The position numbers and the translations under genes are program-made. Under the pieces are notes generated by a model. It had not been told where the DNA came from. It made no database searches and saw only the letters and a list, made by a program, of their open reading frames with translations. Positions 30,014 through 37,994 of a DNA stretch of 64,000 nt are shown one piece after another (position 1 is the first letter of the stretch; each line of letters opens with the position of its first letter). The DNA is from Candidatus Micrarchaeaceae archaeon (GTDB lineage Archaea > Micrarchaeota > Micrarchaeia > Micrarchaeales > CABMGC01): positions 24,960 through 88,959 of the forward strand of contig JAVYWZ010000001.1 of assembly GCA_038877255.1 (NCBI GenBank), read 5' to 3'.

Positions 30014-33000
30014 CGAAGCTGACGCTTGGCATTACGCCATTTGGCGGGTAGGCACGGGTGCGGAGCCAATAAATATATTGTAACGATGAAGTACGAAGGT
30101 AATATTCATATGTTGCAAAATTGAAACATGAAAGGGTCTCTGTTGTAGCTGTTGTTGTAGAATAGATACTTGTATAATTTATTAGCATACTTAATGAAGT
30201 ACCTGAAGCCATAGACATAGTGTATATTTTAGTGCCGTTTGTATCGTGATAACCTGTAGAAGCACTAAATTCCACACCATTATTGCCTAAATATATTAAA
30301 TTAGATGTTGTGTTACCTTCCGAAAACGAATATCCTGAAAAGTTGCTTGGCAATCCTTCAGAAGTTCCTATGTAGCTACCATTTAATTTAATTGCATCAT
30401 ACATATTACCATATACATCCCATACTGTTGTAGTGCTTTTTAATGATGCTGGAAGCGTGCAAAGTAATAGCCCATCCCAGCCCGATGAATTTGATGCTAT
30501 TTCTGTATATGTTGATGCAAATGTTACAGCTGTATTACCCATCCTGCTCCAGTTTGAAGGAAGCCCATGTCCATTTAATCCTCCCCATCTTTGATAATAT
30601 GTGAACACGCTTGCCCCATCATCGTATTGGGCGTAGGTGCTTGAGAGCTGCGGGGCTTCCCCTATGCCAGTTGTGCCTGAGCTTGATAAGAGGTTTGTGG
30701 TCTTTGAGGCAAAGCCGAGATAGAAGCTTGTAGTTGTGTTCTTAATCTTTACCCATGTGATAAGCTTGCCTGAGCTGTTGCTTTCAATCCAAGCAGGTAT
30801 TATCGTGCCATTCGCATAAAAGTATTCAAAGTTTGCGAAATTGTTGTTATACGCAATATATGAAGAATATGTGCTTTCTGTAATATTAACCATTTGCTGA
30901 ACGTATGCGCCGTGTCCAACATTCCATGAGGTTGAAAGGCTCAATTGCGTATATGTGGTTATACCTGAAGGTAAAGGTAAAGATCTTACAGTTAAACTTT
31001 GTGGTGTGCTGTTTTTGCCTGCTGTTATATCATTAGCGTAATAGCTGCTGTATGTGCCTGCTGCTAAAGCTCCTGCTGAATATGTATAGGTTGCGCTTCC
31101 TGTGCCTGTGGCTATGGCTGTGCCTAAGCTTGGGTAGTCTATTGCGCAGCTATCTGTGCTTGGGGTGCAGGTGGCTGTAATGGTTATGGCTGAGCCATAA
31201 GCAGCCGGGTTAGGGGAAATGGTGAGCGTAGGAATACCTTGCATACCACCGAAGCTGACGCTTGGCATTACGCCATTTGGCGGGTAGGCACGGACACGAA
31301 CCCAATATACATTTATAGGATAAGTTGTTGAAACTAAAGATTGAGCTGGGCTAAGCCAATTTGAAATTGTAATATATAAAGGAGTAGTAGGCACATATGT
31401 GGTAGTTGAAGCATAAGATGTAGTTTCACTGTTATACGCTACATAGAATTCAGAAGAGGTATACCAAACACCAAATATGTTATAATTTGAATTTGGCGAA
31501 ATATAATTACTTTTGACAAAACCATTATAATTTGATGCTGTTGTAGTTTCGGCATCTACTCCGTTAACCTGAAATGCATCTCCTACCCATCCACCACCTA
31601 TTTCATTCTCTGAATTATCTGCATGCCAAGCTTCTGAATTAGATGCTGTTACACTTAATGGAACAATTCTAAAATTGGTAGTATAAAATGAATTTAAATT
31701 TGCATAGCTTTCTATTATCTGATTTCCTGTTATTTCAAAAGAATTACTTGATATGTATGTGTAAGAGCCAGTAGCGGCGCTATATGGTATTGTTTCCGTT
31801 AAACCATTATTAATTGAAATTGTTCCTCCCGAGCTCCCACTATTCCATTTGGTTGTATTCAATGTCGTTCCAGCAAAGTTATCGTAGAAGTTGAACACGC
31901 TTGCCCCGTTATCGTATTCTGCGTAGGTGCTTGAGAGCTGTGGCGCTTCTCCAGTGGGTCCAGACGCTGACATGACATTGCTTGGCATGAAGTCCATGTA
32001 AATAGTGATGCTGCTGCTGGCGCCTATGCCGTTAGGCAGGTTTATCCATACGATAGTATGCGTTGCCGTATTGCTGGCATTTGATTCTACCCATGCCTGC
32101 AGCGCTGTACCTGTGCCGTCGCTTCCTGTCGTAAATTCCACATTGCTCCACTGAGAATTAATGTAAGAGGAATAGGTACTGCTATTTACAACAACCATCT
32201 GCTGGAACGGCGCTGGCGTTGCTGTGCTCTGCGAATTCGTAAGTGTTATTGGCACGTAGTAGATGGTTGTGGTTGAGGTAGTGGATGTTGTCGAGGTCGA
32301 TGTCGTTGACGTTGTTGAAGTCGTTGAAGTCGATGTCGTCGATGTCGTTGAGGTAGAGGACGTTGTCGAAGTTGATGATGTTGAGGTAGAGGATGTTGAA
32401 GATGTTGAAGATGTTGACGTTGTTGAAGTGATAGTGACAAACACTGCCATTATTGACCCGTTTCCAGACGATGAAAACGCAGTGCTCTGCGAAGACGTAC
32501 TTTCGATTGAAACATTATGCGATACGCTCCAAGAGCCAAAGTCATATGTGCTGTTTGGCTGCGCAAAAATGGAATAGCTTACAGTATATAGCGTAATTAC
32601 ATTGGCCCCGTTTCCATATGGCGTGCCATCCAACTTGATCTTGCCGATATTGCTCGGGCTCGTTTCAAGTGTTATGCGGTCGAAAACAGGTCTTTGCGGC
32701 GAAACCGTAGCGGTAGCAGCGCCGCTAAAATTGTAAGGCGTGCACTTTCCATCTGTACAAAGTTCATACGTTGCTGCAAAATTTACGTTTGATTGGGTGC
32801 CTATGCTTCTAAAAAGACCAGTTGCTGTGGCGTTGCAAACAATTAGAGAATAGGGCTTTGCAACATAAGGAGTGCATGTTCCTGTAAAGCCAGTCGTATT
32901 GTAATAGGGGAATAAGCTGAAGGAGTTTGCTGTAAAGCTTATATTTACGTTCATATAGTTGCTAAAAACAACAACGCCTTTAAGCCCTGATGCGTTTTCC

Positions 33001-33173
33001 ATAAGCAAGAAATCCTCGCACGGGAATGTTGGCGAAATGTAACATGAAGCAGGCGCATACGCGCTTATTCCCTTTGAAGAAACAAGAATCAAAATCACGC
33101 TTACAAATATTGCTATTATTATAAACGACCAGCCATATGTCGTAAGAAATTCAATTGCAGACTGTTCCCGCAT
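30000..33173 (-). CDS. Pilin-like (class III signal) surface protein/adhesin with Ser/Thr linker and two DUF2341-like plus variable modules
   Basis: MREQSAIEFLTTYGW + hydrophobic stretch; TSTS linker; repeated AWVES/AWIES, GEAPQLSSTYAxYDxGASVF and RAYPPNGVMPSVSFG. Confidence 0.85.
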   Translation of the reverse strand: MREQSAIEFLTTYGWSFIIIAIFVSVILILVSSKGISAYAPASCYISPTFPCEDFLLMENASGLKGVVVFSNYMNVNISFTANSFSLFPYYNTTGFTGTCTPYVAKPYSLIVCNATATGLFRSIGTQSNVNFAATYELCTDGKCTPYNFSGAATATVSPQRPVFDRITLETSPSNIGKIKLDGTPYGNGANVITLYTVSYSIFAQPNSTYDFGSWSVSHNVSIESTSSQSTAFSSSGNGSIMAVFVTITSTTSTSSTSSTSSTSTSSTSTTSSTSTTSTTSTSTTSTTSTTSTSTTSTTSTTTIYYVPITLTNSQSTATPAPFQQMVVVNSSTYSSYINSQWSNVEFTTGSDGTGTALQAWVESNASNTATHTIVWINLPNGIGASSSITIYMDFMPSNVMSASGPTGEAPQLSSTYAEYDNGASVFNFYDNFAGTTLNTTKWNSGSSGGTISINNGLTETIPYSAATGSYTYISSNSFEITGNQIIESYANLNSFYTTNFRIVPLSVTASNSEAWHADNSENEIGGGWVGDAFQVNGVDAETTTASNYNGFVKSNYISPNSNYNIFGVWYTSSEFYVAYNSETTSYASTTTYVPTTPLYITISNWLSPAQSLVSTTYPINVYWVRVRAYPPNGVMPSVSFGGMQGIPTLTISPNPAAYGSAITITATCTPSTDSCAIDYPSLGTAIATGTGSATYTYSAGALAAGTYSSYYANDITAGKNSTPQSLTVRSLPLPSGITTYTQLSLSTSWNVGHGAYVQQMVNITESTYSSYIAYNNNFANFEYFYANGTIIPAWIESNSSGKLITWVKIKNTTTSFYLGFASKTTNLLSSSGTTGIGEAPQLSSTYAQYDDGASVFTYYQRWGGLNGHGLPSNWSRMGNTAVTFASTYTEIASNSSGWDGLLLCTLPASLKSTTTVWDVYGNMYDAIKLNGSYIGTSEGLPSNFSGYSFSEGNTTSNLIYLGNNGVEFSASTGYHDTNGTKIYTMSMASGTSLSMLINYTSIYSTTTATTETLSCFNFATYEYYLRTSSLQYIYWLRTRAYPPNGVMPSVSFGSVS
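30013..30057. repeat. Box B copy 1; 45 bp identical to 31249-31293
   Basis: CCGAAGCTGACGCTTGGCATTACGCCATTTGGCGGGTAGGCACGG at both sites. Confidence 0.95.
30602..30662. repeat. Box A copy 1; near-identical to 31892-31952
   Basis: TGAACACGCTTGCCCC..ATCGTATT..GCGTAGGTGCTTGAGAGCTG.GG.GCTTC, offset 1290 bp. Confidence 0.9.
32263..32430 (-). repeat. Low-complexity Ser/Thr linker repeat
   Basis: TSTTSTSSTSSTS... encoded by degenerate 9-mers. Confidence 0.85.
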
Positions 33174-33186
33174 TGTCTCTATGTAC

Positions 33187-34248
33187 TTATGTAGCAACAA
33201 TTTTAAGTTTGTTGCCATTCTTGTGAGCACCCATGCTTCTTTTGCCTATTATTTCAAAGTCTACTACTATCTCTACTTCACTGGGCGAATACGGCCTTAC
33301 TGTCCTCGAGAACAAGAACCTCGGCTCTGCGCCGTGCGAATTTAAAAACGCCTTTATGGCCTTCTTGCTCTCTTCAAGCGCGCTCTCCTTTTTGCCAAAT
33401 GTGTAATAGTGCACAATGCATCTATTCTTTGCAGTTTCTAATGCCTGTTCTAAGAAGTCGTAGCTGCTCTTGGGCAGAGGCATCACTATCCTGTCAGCCC
33501 AGCCGGCAAAGCGCCTTGCCACTTTCTTAACATCGCCGTGCACCGCTGTTATTTTTGTTTTGTTTAGCCTTGCGTTTTCAAGCATGCTCGTGTAGGCGTA
33601 CTTGTTTAGCTCTATTGCTGCTACCTCTGCTCTTTTGTGCTTTGCAATCTCTATTGCAAAAGGCCCAACACCTGCAAACATTACAAGCACATGCTCCTGT
33701 TCTTTAACCTGCTCAGTTATTCTCTTTCGCTCGTACGCTAGCCTGGATGAGAAGAATGCTTTTCTTATGTCAAACACGAACGTGCAGCCATTTTCCTTGT
33801 AAGTTGCTATGTAATTTTTCTTTCCAAGCACATATGCATAATGTCTTTTTCTGTACTTGCCTTTTACCGCGCCTTTCTTCATAACTACTGTTTTTATGTT
33901 TTGGTTCGCCTTCATAACTGCTTTTGCAAGCTCCTTTGCGTGCTCGCTTTCGTTTATTATCGCTATATTGCCAAGCACATCATATGCCAGTGCTTCTTTT
34001 TCCTCTGTGCTGATTAAATCTTTCAGCCTTTTTCCCATTTTTCTTTTCTGCATGGCAAATTTTCCAATTACAGGCTTAGCAGCAAATTTATTCAGCATTT
34101 TTGCTGCTGCGGAGTCTAGGCGGAAGACAGGAATATATATAAATCTGCCTTTGCCAAATATTTTGTAATTTAGGTTAAGCAAGTTTCTTTGCCTCAAATA
34201 TCTTTTTGCCTTTTCAGCGTTTTCCTTTCTGACTTTTATGCCTAACAT
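33187..34248 (-). CDS. tRNA G37 methyltransferase, Trm5a/Taw22-like
   Basis: YDVLGNIAI, YKENG..F..D....FFS.RL..ER, MFAGVGPF, MPLPK and RPYSP. Confidence 0.85.
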   Translation of the reverse strand: MLGIKVRKENAEKAKRYLRQRNLLNLNYKIFGKGRFIYIPVFRLDSAAAKMLNKFAAKPVIGKFAMQKRKMGKRLKDLISTEEKEALAYDVLGNIAIINESEHAKELAKAVMKANQNIKTVVMKKGAVKGKYRKRHYAYVLGKKNYIATYKENGCTFVFDIRKAFFSSRLAYERKRITEQVKEQEHVLVMFAGVGPFAIEIAKHKRAEVAAIELNKYAYTSMLENARLNKTKITAVHGDVKKVARRFAGWADRIVMPLPKSSYDFLEQALETAKNRCIVHYYTFGKKESALEESKKAIKAFLNSHGAEPRFLFSRTVRPYSPSEVEIVVDFEIIGKRSMGAHKNGNKLKIVAT

Positions 34249-34355
34249 GCAACCATATTTAAATAATGAACATGATAAAATAAAATGAATAGCATATGCT
34301 GAATAGAGCATTGAAATATATTATGTGTTGTGAAGTGTTGTGAATATGCTGTGAA

Positions 34356-34820
34356 TTGAGCGGTTTTATGTACTTTGTTGTAAGGGTAACTTCAAGCCAG
34401 GAGCGCATCTCGGCAGATATACTGCAGAACAAGGTAGAGAAGACAAACCTGCCTGTGTATGCTATTGTAGTTTCAGAAGGGATGCGCGGCTATCTCATTG
34501 TTGAAGCACAGGACCTTAATACCATAAAGGACCTAGTCCAAGACGAACCACATATGAAAGGCGTGCTTTCAACCCCGCTGAGCAAAGAAGAGCTGGACAA
34601 GATGATAGCTATAAAGAACGTAATACAGGAAATAGCAAGCGGCGACATAGTAGAATTCGTGTCTGGGCCATTCAAGGGCTACAAGGCAAAGGTAATTAAA
34701 TCAGAAAAAGGCAAAGAGGAGATAACAGTAGAGCTTATGGATGTTGCAGTGCCAATACCTGTAACAACTAAAGCCGGCGCTGCAAAGATAATAGAAAAAG
34801 CCGAGAAAGCAGGCAGTTGA
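34356..34820 (+). CDS. spt5: Transcription elongation factor Spt5/NusG
   Basis: NGN domain (RVTSSQE, RGYLIVEA) plus KOW GDIVEFVSGPFKG. Confidence 0.95.
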   Translation: MSGFMYFVVRVTSSQERISADILQNKVEKTNLPVYAIVVSEGMRGYLIVEAQDLNTIKDLVQDEPHMKGVLSTPLSKEELDKMIAIKNVIQEIASGDIVEFVSGPFKGYKAKVIKSEKGKEEITVELMDVAVPIPVTTKAGAAKIIEKAEKAGS

Positions 34821-34821
34821 C

Positions 34822-35289
34822 ATGGCAGAAACAATAATAAACGGTTTGATAGAAGGAGGCAAAGCCACTACAGGGCCGCCATTCGGACCAGCGCTCGGTC
34901 CCCTTGGGGTAAACATAGGCAAGATAGTCGCTGAGATAAATGAAAAGACAAAGGAATTTGCAGGCATAAAGGTTCCTGTAAAAGTGTTTGTAAACTCCGA
35001 CAATAAAGAATACCGCATAGAAGTGGGCATGCCTCCTACAAGTGCGCTCATACTTAAAGAAATTGGCGCACAGAAAGGCGCAAAGTCGAAGGACGAAGCA
35101 ATAGGCAATCTCACTATTGAGCAGCTAAAGAGAGTCCTTGCAATCAAGTCTGACATGCTTTATGGAAAGTCAGACAAAGAAAAGCTCAAGCAGATAATAG
35201 GCACGTGCAAGAGCATGAACGTTACTGTTGAAGGCAGTGACGCAAAGATAGCGCTCAAGAAAATAAGCTCTGGCGAGCTTAAATTGTGA
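34822..35289 (+). CDS. rpl11: 50S ribosomal protein L11
   Basis: GGKATTGPPFGPALGPLG, PPTSALI, GTCKSM. Confidence 0.96.
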   Translation: MAETIINGLIEGGKATTGPPFGPALGPLGVNIGKIVAEINEKTKEFAGIKVPVKVFVNSDNKEYRIEVGMPPTSALILKEIGAQKGAKSKDEAIGNLTIEQLKRVLAIKSDMLYGKSDKEKLKQIIGTCKSMNVTVEGSDAKIALKKISSGELKL

Positions 35290-35324
35290 TAGATACTGCG
35301 CAGATATTGCGCTTTTGAACACAG

Positions 35325-35987
35325 GTGCTTTTCATAGAGCTCACAGGCAATAACCTGCTAATGGTTTATTCTTTGCTCCGTGCTCATTTTGGTTTTCTGA
35401 ACTGGTGGCCCGCAAGCACAGAGGACGAGATGCTGATAGGTGCAATCCTTGCGCAAAATACCAGCTGGAGGAATGTAGAGAAGGCAATAGCCGAGCTGAA
35501 GCGTAGGCGCCTGTTGCGCCTAAATGCAATATCAAAGGCAAACACGCGATCATTGGCAAATGCAATACGCTCTAGTGGCTTTTACAAACAAAAAGCAAAA
35601 AGGCTTAATTTATTTGCAAAATTCGTAATGCGCCAAGGCTCGTTCAAGGGGTTCTTAGCGCGCAATAGCGACGCAAGGCAGACGCTGCTTAGCATAAGCG
35701 GAATAGGAAGAGAAACAGCAGATTCTATGCTGCTTTATGCAGGCAACATGCCGTTTTTCGTTATAGATGCGTATACAAAACGCATAATGAACAGGGTATT
35801 TGGCACTGAAATTCTAGACTATGATTCGCTCCAAGAGCAGATTTCTAGCCTCATTCCAAAAGATGTTGAGCTTTACAAGGATTTTCACGCGCAGTTCGTA
35901 GAGCTTGCAAAGAATTTCTGCAGGAAAAAGCCCATGTGTGATAAATGCCCTTTGCGCAACGTCTGCAAGTTCAACACACATTTATAA
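35325..35987 (+). CDS. Endonuclease III-related HhH-GPD DNA glycosylase
   Basis: GAILAQNTSW, GIGRETADS, VIDAY, C-terminal CxxxxxCxxCxxxxxC Fe-S motif. Confidence 0.9.
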   Translation: MLFIELTGNNLLMVYSLLRAHFGFLNWWPASTEDEMLIGAILAQNTSWRNVEKAIAELKRRRLLRLNAISKANTRSLANAIRSSGFYKQKAKRLNLFAKFVMRQGSFKGFLARNSDARQTLLSISGIGRETADSMLLYAGNMPFFVIDAYTKRIMNRVFGTEILDYDSLQEQISSLIPKDVELYKDFHAQFVELAKNFCRKKPMCDKCPLRNVCKFNTHL

Positions 35988-36015
35988 GTCTTCTTTCTGT
36001 ATCTGTTTCGTTTGC

Positions 36016-36645
36016 ATGCAGTTCCTAAAAGGATTTTTTCAGGGTGGCGAGGAAAGCATATTGCGCAGGTACAATACAATAATAGACTTGGCGCTTAAAG
36101 CAAACAAGGAAGTCGCGCTTGTGCAACGCACAAAAGACATTTCAAAAGTGCGCGCAATAGAAAAGAATTCTGACGAAGTAGTTTTTACAATATCCAGCAT
36201 GATAACTACAGGCGGCATAGCGCCTAACCTTATCGATAATTTGCTCCAATTGGCAGATCTGGAAGACAGCATAGTCGATTCAATATACAACCTTGCAAGA
36301 GAGCTTATAAGGTATTCTATAAAGGAAACAAGGGCGCGCAGTGTGCTTGAGGAATCATTTTCAAAAATGAATGGCTTTGCAGCCCAAGCACTCACACTTC
36401 TTCATAAGATGCAGGAGAGCGACAGCATTGGCGATATAAAAGAAATACGCCATTCAATAGAGCACATAGAAGAGGCAGGCGATGAGATAAAAGATTCGCT
36501 TTTCGATTTCGCATACGGCTCCAAAATAAACTTCAAGACCTTTTATCACATTTTTGAGGTTGCACACCTGCTTGACGATGTGCTCGACAACTGCGAGGAC
36601 TCGTCAGACATGTATCTTACGATTATCACTTCTGTTTTGACGTAA
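36016..36645 (+). CDS. DUF47/PhoU-like phosphate transport regulator
   Basis: Helical repeats IEKNSD and IEEAGD, DDVLDNCED; directly upstream of a PiT gene. Confidence 0.85.
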   Translation: MQFLKGFFQGGEESILRRYNTIIDLALKANKEVALVQRTKDISKVRAIEKNSDEVVFTISSMITTGGIAPNLIDNLLQLADLEDSIVDSIYNLARELIRYSIKETRARSVLEESFSKMNGFAAQALTLLHKMQESDSIGDIKEIRHSIEHIEEAGDEIKDSLFDFAYGSKINFKTFYHIFEVAHLLDDVLDNCEDSSDMYLTIITSVLT

Positions 36646-36918
36646 ACTGCCTATCCATGAATGGTGTGGGCTTTCCATAAGTTGATGAAACATGTTGCAC
36701 AGCAACACTCTTTTCAACAACCACATCTGGAAGCAAATGGTCGTTTACAAGACCACTCCTATTGGAAATCTGGAAGGTTTTATGGTTAGTAATATCCTTC
36801 CGCTCCAAGAGGGATTTCACTTTATCAACTACACATATATATTTACAAAGATTTATAGTACTCTCGCTCGACAATTCATCACACCGCTAAAGCGTGTGGG
36901 CTTCCTTGTCGAGAATAC
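36642..36918 (-). mobile_element. Non-autonomous IS200/IS605-type mini-element (277 bp)
   Basis: LE hairpin GGAAGCCCACACGCTTTAGCGGTGTGATGAATTG; RE GGAAAGCCCACACCATTCATGGATAGGCAGTTTAC; inserted 3' of TCAC; removal restores ...TTG ACG TGA. Confidence 0.8.
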
Positions 36919-36926
36919 GTGATCGC

Positions 36927-37841
36927 TTGTTGCTGTTTTTGCTCTTGGCACTTGCCTTTGCGCTTATCGCCCTTGTATCGGGAAATAACCTTTCCGCTTG
37001 TACTGGTGCGGTAATTGCCAGTGGAATAACAAGCAAGCGCACAGGAATAAGCATAGCAATACTAGGTTTTATAGCAGGGCTTGTCCTTCAAGGGTCGCTG
37101 CTCAAGAAGGGCATAGAGGCGATTATGCCAGTATATTCAAGCATGCTTCTCGTGGAGATTTTCGCAATAGCAATAATAATATTCTTGATTGCTGATAGGT
37201 TCAGGGTGCCTCTGTCGCTTACCATAATTTTTACAAGCATGCTCGCAGGCATAGGCTTCGGGCTTAATATGCACGTCAATCTTGAATTCCTGTTTCTAAT
37301 AGGTGCGTTCTGGGTTGCTGTGCCGCTTGCTTCGGTTCTACTTATGCCACTTCTGCTTCATTGGCTCACGCGCAGGCTCAACAAAGGCCGCGTGTGGAGC
37401 AAGGTTCATGCCATAAAGGTTTCCCTTATTGTTGTTTCATTTCTTACCTCATTCACGCTTGGCGCCAACACAATAGGCCTTCTCTACTCTTCTCTGCCAG
37501 TTGCTGCTACATATAAACTTGCAGTTTCTGTTCTTGCGATAATCATTGGCAGCATTTTCATAAGCCATGGCGAAATAAAGAGGCTTGGCGAAGAGATAGT
37601 GCCGCTTAGATATGTCAACGCTGTAATTTCTCAACTTGTCTCTGCTGTTGAGGTGGAGATTGCAACGCTGTTTGGCGTGCCTTTATCAAACACGCAGACG
37701 TTCACTGCAAGCCTTTATGGGGCAGGCTATGGCTACAAGGCAAGGCTCATGCGCAAAAAGCCAGCATATGTAATATTGTCTATCTGGTTTGCAAGCGCCG
37801 CATTGAGCTTTATGCTCGCATTCGCACTAACAAAGATATAA
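36927..37841 (+). CDS. PiT family inorganic phosphate transporter
   Basis: SGNNLSAC and GANTIG signature repeats, VPLS motifs, multi-TM. TTG start after the IS end is inferred. Confidence 0.88.
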   Translation: MLLFLLLALAFALIALVSGNNLSACTGAVIASGITSKRTGISIAILGFIAGLVLQGSLLKKGIEAIMPVYSSMLLVEIFAIAIIIFLIADRFRVPLSLTIIFTSMLAGIGFGLNMHVNLEFLFLIGAFWVAVPLASVLLMPLLLHWLTRRLNKGRVWSKVHAIKVSLIVVSFLTSFTLGANTIGLLYSSLPVAATYKLAVSVLAIIIGSIFISHGEIKRLGEEIVPLRYVNAVISQLVSAVEVEIATLFGVPLSNTQTFTASLYGAGYGYKARLMRKKPAYVILSIWFASAALSFMLAFALTKI

Positions 37842-37850
37842 TTTATAAAA

Positions 37851-37898
37851 GTGAGCGGAAAACCCCCTATCCTTCAGATATGGGATGAGAGCGAATCC
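37851..37898 (+). mobile_element. IS200/IS605-type left-end hairpin remnant
   Basis: GGAAAACCCCCTATCCTTCAGATATGGGATGAGAGCG, abutting the inverted-duplication boundary. Confidence 0.55.
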
Positions 37899-37994
37899 GC
37901 AGCGTGTCGTGATGCGCAACTGACATTCTTATATATCAGTAATGCTGCTTTTGTAAGTGTTTAATGGATTGTTTTTTGTTTTATGTTTTGTGTT

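Noticed and set aside
30000..32000. Diversity-generating retroelement (TR/VR) in the adhesin repeats
   Set aside because: No reverse transcriptase in the window; Box B has no mismatches and Box A mismatches are not adenine-specific.
32263..32577. Val/Glu/Asp-rich plus-strand ORF
   Set aside because: Antisense shadow of the Ser/Thr linker.
36626..36922. 82-aa and 76-aa ORFs and the extended GTG start of pit at 36894
   Set aside because: They fall within the mini-IS element; pit more plausibly starts at TTG 36927.
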